DNA of 64,000 nt. Origin: Felis catus (Eukaryota). Below are positions 34,932 to 46,849 of this stretch, piece after piece. How positions within the stretch are numbered: the first letter of the stretch is position 1; each line of letters starts with the position of its first letter. The notes under the pieces were generated by a model that did no database searches, was not told the DNA's origin, and saw nothing but the letters and a program-made list of their open reading frames with translations. The stretch lies in the NCBI RefSeq assembly GCF_018350175.1, contig NC_058368.1, positions 103,480,001 through 103,544,000 of the forward strand, in the 5' to 3' direction. A program made the position numbers and the translations under genes.

Positions 34932-37900
34932 CTCTATACTATTAGCAAAACAATTAGATTTGTAAACACAACAGCTGTGTGTATGTTTGTGTTTGTAAGT
35001 GTGACAAAAAGGCCTTAAAGATGGAAAAGTTTTTTCAAATAAGTTCATCTGAAAGTTAAGTGACAAAATGCTTAGAGAAAATCCTGTCATCACCTCACAG
35101 CAGTGTTTTCATGTGTTGTGGTCACTGGTATCAAACTAACCAGTCTAAAAGTGTGGATGAGTCATCCAAATTGCCCCTTCACCCTTCAAGCATTTACCCA
35201 GAATTCTTCGGAACAGTAGTGTTGCTTGAAACCAGCATTTGTCTATAAAAACTCAGCTGGTGGGAGTGAGAGATTCATAAAAAGAGAGGGACCTCAGAGA
35301 TCAAGTCCACTTCTCATGGTTTATAGGACAAGACACTGGGGTCCAGAAAATAGAGTCTGCACACAATTTATCATGATAAACCTCAGCTATTCAGACACTA
35401 GCCTGAAATTTTCAACAATACAGGTATCGAACAACAGAGGCACAGACTTGATATTAAGATGTTAAAAGTATACTCTTCAGTCAATTTTCAAGGTTTTAAA
35501 AGTTAAGTAAGATAAACCAGAAACAAAATTAAAAATGTTTTTCAAACTGAATGCACAAAAATTAAAGATACCAACAATGTAACCTTTGCCTCAGAATCCA
35601 ACAATTTGCATTTGTTTTCTCTTTATAACACATGATTACTTAATATCAATGAATTGGAAATGGTAGATTTCAACTTCTGCCTTATACTTGTAAATTATGC
35701 CTACCATATAAATTATTTGGCAATGGAAAAAAAAATCAATTGTTAAAGAGTAAGTACTTGGACTATATTACACACACCTAAAATATATTGTTGAATTGAA
35801 TGGGTTCACAGTAGGAATAACCAGATTACAGTACCCACTCCACAACTCTGTTTTGACAAAGCTCACTCCTGAGACCAGTCCATGTTTCATTTCTCACATG
35901 TATCATCTTAGATCCTCATGATAAAATCAGTGTCATGTACCTAGCACATTAAACAGTTTGAATCAGCAAGGAAGAAATTTGGATTTTATATTTTAATTCA
36001 ATCACTGCTTTCTCGGTCCTGTTCCTTTTCATGTATCAACAGCCCAGAGATACATCAGCAATTGTTATCTCCTAAGGAAATATCCAAGCAAATAATTATT
36101 TACCAATTTTTCCTGTGTGTAGCCATTCCCAATCTCTGAGTGGTTCTCTTGAAATTTTACTTATTGATTGAGGAGTTATGCTATCCATATTAGGTTTGGT
36201 GAACATCTGAAGATTATTTAGCATATACTGTCCTCAAGTTGGAGACTTTCACCACAATCCCGAGATTTAAAATTCCATCCAGAAGTCCGTAACAAAAATA
36301 TTAAATTTGTTCTGGTTTCAGGCAATGACAAGGTAGCCTGTATTAGAAAACTCTCCTACCAAGAGCAATTTTATATGGTATACAAAATATTACAAAACTA
36401 TTGTTCAAAAATAGTAACTATAGGTGTTAGGAAATCTGAAAAAAAGGGAACTAAGATGAGACCCAAATTTATGTATTCCCCACCTTCAGCGAAGTCTCCA
36501 GGTCTGTTGAAGTAGATGATACAGCTTCATCAGAACATACTAGTTTTACTGGGATGGCTAGTCAGGCATTAGAGTTTAAGGCTTCCAAAATAGAAGAAAG
36601 TTAAAGGGAAAATCCGATAAAGATGGGATGCACAGGAAAGATCCTAAAATCTAAGTACGAACTCTGCTAAAATTCTTAGGTGACTCTTGAACTTAGAGAA
36701 AGTCTAAGAGGTCCAGGAAAAACAAGAGCTGAGAGTTTAAAGAAATTAACTAGTGATTTCAGAAACTGCCCACCACCTGGGACACAGACTTAGGAATTCA
36801 ATCAGTCAGGGTGATAAAGGCTTGATAAATACTTTCAGTTATACACTGAAATTCTATTAAGACTACAACTTATCAGTGAAGATCATGTTCCACAACTAAG
36901 AAATCTATCCCAATAGTAAAGGCAAAACTGAAATGAACCATTCCAACAGCCTAAAACCAAGCCCCACTGTGCCCAAGTGATCTACCAATAATTTAATTGC
37001 CTTTCAAAACAAAATGCAGCATTTTTCAAAGAAAGACAAAGGAAAAATGGGTCTCTACAATGTGTTATCCACAATGTCTATTAATCAACTATAATAAGAC
37101 AAACCAGAAAATATTACAATGATTAAAAGAAGAAATATGAAATAGAAATAGATCTAGAGGTGACCCATATTTTGAAATTAAATCTGCTAAAGAAAGCATA
37201 GGAAAATGAACTATGCGAAGTGAAGAGATGAAAATATAGGAAATTAAAAATTAAAAAAAAAGAAAACAATGAAAATCCTTGAACTGAAAAATATAGTATT
37301 TGAAATAAAAAACTCATTAGATATGATCAATAGATTGGACACAAGGAAAAGAATCAATGAACATAAAGATAGAATAATAGTAGTTATACAAATTGAAGCA
37401 CAGTGGAAAAAAAAGCATTGAAAAGAAATAGTTCTCAAAGACTTATGGATAGTGTCAAGTGATCTACGGTTAAGTGAAGCCTCACAAAAGGAAAGAGAGA
37501 ATGAAACAGAAAACATATTTGAACAATCACTGGCCACGATATTTCTAGGTATGACCGGAAGAGCAGCCCACATATTTGGAGGAGCTTATCAAAACCCAAA
37601 AATACAAACACCAAGAAATGCAAAACTAAGTTCCTCGTAGTCAAATTGTGGAAACCTTAAAAAAAGAAAAACAATAAAATAAAAGCCCTGGAAAAGAGAA
37701 ACAATATTCAAGAAAAACACAATAATAATGGAATCCAGTGAACAATAAAATGACACCTTTTAACTTCTGGATATAAAATAACACTGTCAACAAGAATTCT
37801 GTATCTGGTAAAAATATCCTTGACAAAATGAAAGCAAAGTCCTTTTTCAGATAAAAGAAGGCTAAGAATTCATCTGCAGACTCCTAAGACATGCCAATAA

Positions 37901-38244
37901 AATGTGTCATGCATGGTGAAGGGAATAATACCTGATGAGAATTCATTTGAACAAAAATAAATGAAGAAAACAAAGAGAAGTAAATACATGGGTAAATTTA
38001 AAAGACTACTTTTCCTTCTTATTTTTTAAAGAAAACTCACTAAGCAAAAGTAACAATACATTGTAGAGTTCATGACATATGTGTAAGTAAAATATATGAC
38101 AGCAGTGGATTAGAGAATGGGTAATAGTAAGTGGAATTATTTTATTATAATATTCTTACATTATATGTGAAGTGGTAAAATACTCAACTAAGTTGAAAAA
38201 TCAAAGATAAACTGTAATACACCAGCATCACAAAAGAGAATATG

Positions 38245-38549
38245 ATTCGAACTACACAGGTCCACTTATACACAGATTTTTTGCAATAAACACTAAATAC
38301 AGTAAATACACTTTCCTTATGATTTTGTTATAACATTTTCTTTTCTCTAACCTACTTTATTGTAAGAATACAGTATATAATGTATATAACACCAAATATG
38401 TGTTAATCCACTGTTTATGTTACCAGTAAGGAGTCTGGTCAATAGTAGGCTATTAGTAGTTAAGGTTTTGGGAAGTCAAAATTACATGTGGATTTTCAGC
38501 TATCGAGGGAATCAACACCCCTATCCCTCACATTTTCAAAGGTCAACTG
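38245..38549. mobile_element. Tigger2-like (TcMar) non-autonomous DNA transposon, one end missing
   Basis: gaactacacaggtccacttatacacagatttt...ctactttattgtaagaatacagtatata...ttcaaaggtcaactg followed by TA. Confidence 0.85.
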
Positions 38550-38605
38550 TACAAGGTACTAGGACTTAAAAAGCCATTAGAGAAGAAAGAATGAAATACT
38601 AAAAT

Positions 38606-38625
38606 GTGTGTATATGTGTATGTAC

Positions 38626-38666
<41 letters not shown>
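38606..38666. repeat. (TG)n microsatellite
   Basis: Direct dinucleotide run. Confidence 0.95.
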
Positions 38667-38670
<4 letters not shown>

Positions 38671-39952
38671 GATGGCAGGGAAAAAGAAACAAAAGAGCAG
38701 GAACAAAAGCACAAATAGGAAACAAACATTAACATTACAGATAAGCCCAATTAGGTACATTGTGAGTTTATTTACTTATATGAATGGATTAAACACTCCA
38801 ACTAAGAGGAAAAATTGATTAAAAAATCAATATCCAACTAAATCTTTTTTTTCTAAATATGCACTTTGAATATAAGCACAGGTATAGATTTAAACTAAAT
38901 TATGGGGAAAACATACCATGGAAGCAATAAGCAAAAGTAAGCTCGTGTGGCTATATTAATCTCACAAAAGTATACTTTAAGACAAAACATTACCACAAAT
39001 AGAAAGGTTTACTTTATAATAACAACTCATCAATTTATCAAGAAGATAGTAGCAAACTAAATGCTATTTGCCTAAAAAAAGAACTTCAAGACACATAAAG
39101 CAAACCTTACAGAACCAAAGGGGGGAAGAGATAAACCGACAATCATTATAGGAGATTTTAACACCCTTCTATCCATGGTATCTTGATCAAGTTAGAACAA
39201 GTGGGAAAAAATTCAGCTGTAATATCAAAGATTTGAATAAGACTATCAATCAACTTCAACTAAGTGACATTTATATAGCACACGAAACTTACACAATTCA
39301 CACTTTTTTCAAGAACACATGTAACATCCACCAGGAGAGACTATGCCCTGAGCCACACATTTCAAAGGATGCAAACATACAGAAGAGACTCTCCAACTAT
39401 CATGAGACTGAATTATAAACCAACAATAAGACAGCTAAAACATTCCCAAATACTGAGAAACCTATGGGTAAAGGAACAAATTGCAAAGAAAAACATACAT
39501 ATTTCTAAGTGAATATTAATAAAACATAATTTTTCAAAATTTTGGGAATGTTGTGAAAGCAGTCCTAAGAGGGTAATTTATACCCTTAAAACGCTTATGT
39601 TAACAAAGAATAAAGCTACCTTCACAAGAAACTAGCAAGAGTAAATGAAAAAAATAAATAAGCAATATAATAAAAACAAAAGATTAATCAAAAATGTCCA
39701 AATCAGTAAAATAGAAAACATACTAAAAGAAAATCATAACGCCAAAATTTGGTTATTTCAAAAATATAACAAAATTGATAAATGCCTAGGTGGACATACG
39801 TATGACATATATATGGCATATATACATATACATGTATTTATGTGTGTTTGTGTATACATATTACATGTATATGCAATATAAACTATTACATATGCATATA
39901 ATACATATTATTATATATACATGTAACATATATTATTATATATATTATATAT

Positions 39953-40401
39953 TGTGGGGAAATAGGTTCTACTTACATAAATGGGTTAAAAAAAAGCTTA
40001 GGGCAGAAAACCACCACCACGGGGCAAAAGCACCTGAGGTCAGCTAGTGAGATATTGTAATGGGATCACAAGTAACTTGTTATACCACCTGCAGGAAATT
40101 ACTTTCCATCTAAGTCCAGTATACTTTACTCACAAACTCCACTTACCCCCCAGACCCTTTGCTTCTTACACATACAAGTTAATGAATACTGTCTGGTTGT
40201 TTTCTCCACATTCACGTGTGTAAGATGTTGTTTTCTTCACATTCACCACGTGGGTAATATCTTGTGAGCTCAATAAATACGGAGACAAAAACCCCTGTTC
40301 AGAGCTCTCATAGCCTCTCGGACATTAGCCTCTCTAGTTTTCAATTTTGTGTCCACTCTCTTGCTGGACAAGAGAGAAGTCCAGACTCATAGTCTGCAAC
40401 A
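39953..40401 (+). mobile_element. Solo LTR, 449 bp (ERV1-like)
   Basis: TG...CA termini (tgtgggg...gcaaca), 4-bp flanking atat on both sides, aataaa at 40272-40277, internal repeat tgttttct(c/t)cacattcac. Confidence 0.8.
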
Positions 40402-40459
40402 ATATATTACGTATTATATACATACATATACATATGTGTGAGTGTGTGTGTGCATGTGT

Positions 40460-40509
<50 letters not shown>

Positions 40510-40510
40510 G
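40402..40510. repeat. (TA)n/(TG)n compound microsatellite; continues the AT-rich tract at ~39795-39952
   Basis: Direct dinucleotide runs. Confidence 0.9.
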
Positions 40511-40952
40511 TAATCTGTAAAATGTAAAGAAATCTACAATGACCAAAAACAAAAGAAACAAAAGAAACTGGTGTTTCCTAGAGTCACTCAGCATACTAAT
40601 TTCGAGATTCATCTATGTTATTAGGTTTATCAGTAATTCATTTGTTTTCATTACCGAATAGTATTCCAGTGCATGGATATGCCATGTTTTGGTTAACCAA
40701 TTACTTGTTTATGGATATTTGTGGTGTTTCAAGTTTGAGAAGTTCTAAACAAAGGTATTATAAACATTTGTATAAGAAAAAATTTTTAAATAAACATCTG
40801 GGTACAAGTATTTGTGAGGACTTTAATAAATACCTAGAAGTTGAATGTCCAACTCCCAAACTACATCCACATTTAACTTACTAAGAAATTTCAAAATAAT
40901 TTTATAGAATAATTGTAGATGTTTATCCCCATGGTAGTGTTTAGGAGTTCAA

Positions 40953-41165
40953 GGGGCTTCTGGGTGGCTCATTCGGGTGAGCATCCAACCTCGGCTCAGG
41001 TCATGATCTCGCGGTTCTTGAAGTTCAAGCCCCATGTCAGGCTCTGTGATAATAGCTGGGAGCCTGGAGCCTGCTTCAGATTTTGTGTCTCCCTCTTTCT
41101 CTGCCCCTCCCCTGCTCATGCTCTGTCTCTCTCTTTCTCAAAAATAAATAAACATTTAAAAAAAA
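40953..41165 (+). mobile_element. Can-SINE
   Basis: Head ggggcttctgggtggctcattcgg, (CT)n, A tail; degenerate TSD tta(g/a)gagt(t/c)c. Confidence 0.93.
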
Positions 41166-41239
41166 TTAAGAGTCCCAATTGTGTCATATCTTCATCAACA
41201 CTTGCTTGAAAAGGTCAGTTTTAAAATTTTAATCAATCC

Positions 41240-41392
41240 ACACTTATCTAGCAGGGGAGACACCATGATCACTAAGGTGGTTTTCCCAGGGCGAGGCGTA
41301 TCCATTGCACTCCAGATGTGCTGACTGCTGCAATTTTCCCAAATGAGGCATACTCGACTGCATAATCTGTGGTAGTGGGGGACTGCATTCAT
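41240..41392 (+). pseudogene. RNU1: U1 snRNA processed pseudogene (retrocopy)
   Basis: acacttatctagcaggggagacaccatgatcactaaggtggttttcccagggcgaggcgtatccattgcactccagatgtgctg...ctcgactgcataatctgtggtagtgggggactgcattc matches U1; last ~10 nt missing; A-rich tail; taatcaatc on both flanks. Confidence 0.96.
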
Positions 41393-41490
<98 letters not shown>

Positions 41491-41580
41491 GGAAGGAAGG
41501 AAGGAAGGAAGGAAGGAAGGAAGGAAGGAAGGAAGGAAGGAAGGAAGGAAGGAAGGAAGGAGAAAGGAAAGGAAGAAAAA
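41393..41580 (+). repeat. (GAAA)n(GA)n(GGAA)n compound microsatellite
   Basis: Near-pure purine tract directly after U1. Confidence 0.97.
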
Positions 41581-42013
41581 ATTAAAGTATAATCAATCTA
41601 GTGACTATAGAGTGATATCTAATTGTGATTTTCATTTTTTTCTGTTGAGTGATTTAAGCATCTACTTTGAGTAAATTTGGCATTTGTATATTTGCCTTTG
41701 TGAAGGGTCTGTTCAATTTTTTTGACCATTTTTAATTGTTTTTTTTCTTTTTTGGTTTTATTACTGAGTCACACAAGTTCTTTTTATGTTCTGGATATGA
41801 TTTCTTTGTAAAATATATGTATAGCTAATATTTTTCCCTTTACATAGCTTTCCTTTCATTTTTTAAGGGTTTTCTTCAAAGAAAAGGTTTAACGATAAAG
41901 GCAATTTTTTTTTTTGTAGCTAAATGCTTGTTAGTTTATATGTAAGAAATATTTGCCTGTTTCAAGGCAGCAAAGATTTTCTCCTATATTTTCTTCTTCA
42001 TTTGTTACATTTA

Positions 42014-42216
42014 TTTATTAATGTTTTTATTTATTTTGAGAGAGAGAGAGAGAGAAAGCACAAGCAGGGGAGGGGCAGAGAGAGAGGGGGACAGAAGATC
42101 TGAAGCAGGCTCTGAGCTTACAGCAGTGAGCCCAATGCAGGACTTGAACTCACAAACTATGAGATCATGACCTGACTGAAGTTAATGCTTAACTGACTGA
42201 GCCACCTAGGCACCCC
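42014..42216 (-). mobile_element. Can-SINE inserted in the tail of the adjacent SINE
   Basis: Reverse SINE ending gccacctaggcacccc. Confidence 0.92.
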
Positions 42217-42219
42217 AAA

Positions 42220-42433
42220 TTTGTTTAAGTTTATTTATTTAAGAGAGACAGAGCTGGTGGGGGAGGGTCAGAGAGAGAGAAAGAGAGAGGGACAGAGAGA
42301 GAGAGAGAATCCCAAGCAGGATCTGTGCTGCCACACAGAGCCCAACAGGGGGCCCAAACCCAGCAAACTGAAATCATGATCCGAGCCAAAACCAAGAGTC
42401 AGATGCTTAAGCAACTGAGCCACTCAGGCTCCC
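42220..42433 (-). mobile_element. Can-SINE
   Basis: TSD ttcatttgtta(ca/tg)ttta at 41997-42013 and 42434-42450 encloses both SINEs. Confidence 0.92.
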
Positions 42434-43008
42434 TTCATTTGTTATGTTTAAACATTGATCCATTTCAAGGTCATCTTTGTTCTTGGTAAATGTTGATGTT
42501 ATTTACTTTTATTTTGGCAGAATAAAAATATACACCTGCTTCAGCACTATTTGTGGTAAAGAATCTTCTTCCAATAGAACTGCTTTGGTATTTGTGTCAA
42601 AAATTAACTGATTTTATCTGTGTCATTCCATTTCTGGATTGTCTATTTTGTTCTACTGACACGTTTATGCTTTTACCAATACTGTACTGTCCTAACTATT
42701 ATAACTTTATTGTTATCTTTAAATCAGGCAGTGCAAATCTTCCTATTTTGTTCTTTTAAAAAGGTATTTGACTATTCTAGGTCATGCGCATTCCCATGTA
42801 CATTTTTGAACTATGAAATTCTACCAAAAAACTCTACAAGAATTTTTATTGGGATTGCATTTAATCTATAGACCAATTTGGGAAACTTGCCATGCAATTC
42901 TTTTTATTTTCTGTAGTCTTCAATGAAAAGCTCTTATGCATGTTCTATTAAACTGTCTCCTTTAATATTACTAATTTCACATATTACTTCATGTAATTGC
43001 TCTTTGGG

Positions 43009-43205
43009 TTTTTTTGTTTTTGTTTTTTTTTTAGTTTATTTATTTACTTCAATAGAGAGAGTGTAAGCAAAGGAGGGGCAGAGGGGGAGAGAAAGAGAGA
43101 GAAAATTCCCAAGCAGGCTCTGTGCTCAAACTCATGAACCATGGTATCATGACCTGAGCTGAAACCAAGAGCTGGATGCTTAACTGACAAGCACCCAGGT
43201 GCTCC
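43009..43205 (-). mobile_element. Can-SINE, internally deleted
   Basis: T-rich tail, (GA)n, ttcccaagcaggctctgtgc...tcatgacctgagctgaaaccaagag...cacccaggtgctcc. Confidence 0.9.
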
Positions 43206-43939
43206 AATGTAGTTAGATTTTTTCACTTAACCATGAATTCATCCTCAAATTAAACTTTTTCTCCTTCCTTCTTGACCTTAAGGGATTTTATTACTGACTG
43301 TATTTCGATAGTTAGGACCAATAGTACAATGTTGAATAGTAGTGTGAGAGTGGACATCATTGCCTGGTCCCCCATCTATGGAGGAAAGTATTCAACATTT
43401 CTTCATTGAGTATAATGCTAACTACAGGTTTTGGAAATGGCTTTCATCTATTTGCAGTTTGCAGTTTTTGTTGTTATTTACCATAAAAGAATGCTGAATT
43501 CTACCAAATGCTTTTTCCTGCATATTCTCCATAGAGTATATAAAATGTTTATGAAATATTTTAACAGCTTGCCAATGTCTAGGAAAAAATTCTGTTGAAA
43601 TTCTTATTGTGATTGCATTGGATGAAGATCAATTTCTGGAGAACAAACAAACAATATTGAGTGTTCCATTCAATGAATATATACTTCCGCTGAGTGGCAA
43701 GGTCTTCCTTAACTCTTTTCTTCAGTGTTACATATATACATATATTTGTTAAAACTTGTCAAATAATTTAATTGTAAATAATAATTTTATTGTATGTAAA
43801 TTCTACCTAAATTTAAATAATAATAAAGTACCCCTTTTACTTTCATTTAGGAAATGCAGGCTCACAGGGAATGACTGACCAAACACCTAACTCAAGATTT
43901 TGGGTTGTTTGTTGGGTTTTTTATAAGAGTACCTAAGAT

Positions 43940-44142
43940 GGGGCACCCAGGTGGTGGTTAAGCATCCAACTCTTGATTTCAGCTCAAGACATAATCTCAC
44001 AGTTCGTGAGACTGAGCCCCAAGTGAGGCTCTGTACTGACAGCATGGAGTCTGCTCTGGATTCTCTCTCTCCCCCGCTCTCTGCCCCTCCCTTGCTTAGG
44101 ATGTCTCTCTCTCTCTCTCAAAATAAATAAACATAAAAAAAA
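43940..44142 (+). mobile_element. Can-SINE
   Basis: ggggcacccaggtggtggttaagcatccaactcttgatttcagctc...aaaataaataaacat. Confidence 0.9.
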
Positions 44143-45224
44143 TTGTAAAGACTTTAAAAAAATTATTTCTAAGACAAACTAAAATACCAAGTTCTTTAGT
44201 TCCAATTAATAAGAGCATCCTTTCCACTATTATTTCTTATTTCTGAATCCTACATAAAATAGTAAAATAAGCATGGTGTAAAGCGATCATCAATATTTTG
44301 AAAGTAAGCACAAATGTGGGGTGACACAGGAATTTTTACAAGTTGAAAAAATAACTTTCTAAATCTTATTTCCTTTACTGAAATTTTTGAAGTGTTGCAA
44401 AGCTACATTAATCAACACTTAATGCAGATCCTAATCCCATTACCACTCTATTCATACAATATTTTCAAAATAGCATGTTAATTTTATAATATTAAGACTG
44501 TGTCATAGTAACACTACTAAAACATAAACAATTTGAAAAGTAAACTCTGATCTATGTGTACTGGCAATATATTGCTGAATACTATCCCCTGGAGTAGTCC
44601 GTAAATATTTGTTGAATAAAATAAATCTACGAGAAGAGTTAAAATGCTTTCTTTTTATCATAAATTTTATGAAGCATGTGGGGTTATGAAGTAGGAAGCA
44701 GCCATCAGAATACTGCATCTAAAACATAAAATTCTCACTATGCTTCCTCTAGTGCACACAAACCACATCCATTAGGGAAGCAAAGTTGATGCAGCATTCC
44801 ACATCCTGTAGGAGACAGAAATGCAATGTATTCGAAGAACAAGGATATGTTCAAAGACATTTTAGAAACTATGAACAGCAATAAGACCCTTTCTACCTCA
44901 TTTTCAATATGAATCGGTAAATTAATACCAGACTTATTTCTAAGGATAGAAAGAAGGACTTTGCCCTGAGTCTAATGAATTTCAAGAACCAGGGGGTAAA
45001 TGAAGAAGTCTTACCTATTACCTATGATACTGCCATGCAATATCTTGGTCACCTTCTCAAGAGCAAAAAAAAAAAAAAAAAAGAAAAAAGAAAATCATCT
45101 TGAATTGCAGACAGACGAAATACATCCATTCCAGGGGAAGGGACAAACAAGAAACAAGTATGTAAAATGTATAGATGATAATAAATACTATGTAGAAAAA
45201 GAAAGCACAGAAGGATAGGAAGCT

Positions 45225-45410
45225 ATTTGTGTATTTTTTAATGCTCCATAAATCTCAGTTTTTATATGAAATCTCTTGATTTTGAGTGTTGACAAGTGAT
45301 TTTTTTTTAAAGTAAGCAAAATGATAAGGGCCAGCATTGCACAAGCCAAACAAAACAAGGCATCTCTGGGCCAGATCTTAGCAAATGCATCAGGGTGAAA
45401 ACTCTATGCT
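45225..45410. mobile_element. hAT-type DNA transposon remnant
   Basis: ttttatatgaaatctcttgatttt...gccaaacaaaacaaggcatctctgggccagat resembles hAT MER elements; family not resolved. Confidence 0.5.
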
Positions 45411-45662
45411 CGTTGACATGGTATCTGTGGCTTCACATTCTAAAGATTTAGAGTACTATAAATTGGCCAAAACAAGGAAATTCAACTCAGAATATAAAAG
45501 AAGCATCAGTGGAGTTTGGAATTAGAGCAATCCTAGTTTACTGTAGCATAAAGAATCACAGATTCATTTAGAGCTCACAGAGGTGACTTGGGGTATGGGT
45601 GCCCCACATGCAAAAATATATGGAATTTAAAGGGTACAGGCATTAACAATTTTACAAAAGGT

Positions 45663-46219
45663 TGAAGGATAGAATATGCCACCCCAAAATATACCACTTT
45701 GGCATACTGATTATTTTGAGATGTAGGCATTTGAAAAACAGCAAATGCAGGGAGACGCTTTCTTTGAACTTCCTTTATCCTCTTATGTTTGGAAGATAAA
45801 TCATTCAAAAGGAAGGTAACCATCATACAGGTCATCCCTGCTAGGTTCCTCAATCAGGGAAGTTTGACTCTTCTCACAAAAAAAGAGACTAGAAACCCAC
45901 ACCACACCCCAACATTGTTGCAAATGATCATGCCTCCATTTTATTCTCCCAAGGACCCACACACCTTTCCTAAAAATCATTTACCCTACTCTGACAGGCT
46001 CTGAGGGCCCCTTCCCTTTCCCTTAATAACATGGTATTTAATGCTAATTTCTAAAGCCAACTCTGTGAGTTACTCATGTCCCCTGGGTATCTTCCCTGTG
46101 TATATGAGGTATACACGCTGCTAACCTTCCATTTGTTTTTCTCTTGTTAATCTGTTTATTAAGGATTCTTAGCCAAGAACTCAGAAGAGTAGAAGGAAAA
46201 TTATTTTTCTTCCCCTGAA
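45663..46219 (+). mobile_element. ERV1 solo LTR (MER34/MER39-like)
   Basis: Starts tgaaggatagaatatgccaccccaaaatataccactttggcata; ends gaagagtagaaggaaaattatttttcttcccctg. Confidence 0.85.
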
Positions 46220-46849
46220 AGCCCAAAGGAAGGATACATTATATTGGGTCCACTTAAAGAAAAGGAAAGTCTTCACCTGTACCCAAACTATATCCTTGTT
46301 CACAGGGAAAATTAAAAAAAAAATGGACTAAGAAAAAGGTAGGATGGTACTGAGGTATTCAGTCCATCTACAATTTAATGGGTGCACTTTAATGGAAATT
46401 TGCCATCCATAGACTCTCCCTGTAGCTTCTTAATCATATAAGACCCAGCACACTGATATTATCATTTTTGCTGATAAGGTTTTTTTCATCATTTCAACGT
46501 TCTAACTTTTACATACATTCTGGGATTCATATCCATCAGAATCAACCTAATTATCTGTCTTATCCACAAAGGTTAACTGAAACTACTACCTTCACCATAA
46601 AGACCCTCAAGGTTTACCATTTCACAGTTTATTTTTCTAAACAATGTGTCAGGAAGAGGATAGATCGCCAGCCCATGGCACGTCATCCCCAATGCCATCT
46701 GGAATCATCTTACTTCTTAGAGTCATTCGCTGCTTTCTCAGGTCATGATTTCCTTACATTTCTTTCATTTTTCTTTTTCTGGATTTGCCAGACCTCTTTG
46801 AGCTCAGCACAAGCTTGACAGGGTTGTTTGAGTTTTGATTAAAAACTTA

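Larger units (their letters stand above)
36305..39790 (+). mobile_element. Old L1M 5' half (5'UTR, ORF1, endonuclease), heavily decayed
   Basis: ORF1-like aaaactcattagatatgatcaatagattggacac, caagaattctgtatctggtaaaaatatcc; EN-like aatggattaaacactccaactaa, ggagattttaacacccttct; ends aacaaaattgataaatgcctag. Confidence 0.8.
40565..43760 (-). mobile_element. Old L1M 3' half, interrupted by a U1 retrocopy and four SINEs
   Basis: gagattcatctatgtt...gaatagtattccagtgcatggatatgcca; tttattgggattgcatttaatctatagaccaatttggg; agtacaatgttgaatagtagtg; ccaaatgctttttcctgca (AEKAF-like on minus strand). Confidence 0.82.

Noticed and set aside
41369..41674. K/E/R-rich ORFs
   Set aside because: Translation of the (GAAA)/(GA)/(GGAA) microsatellite.
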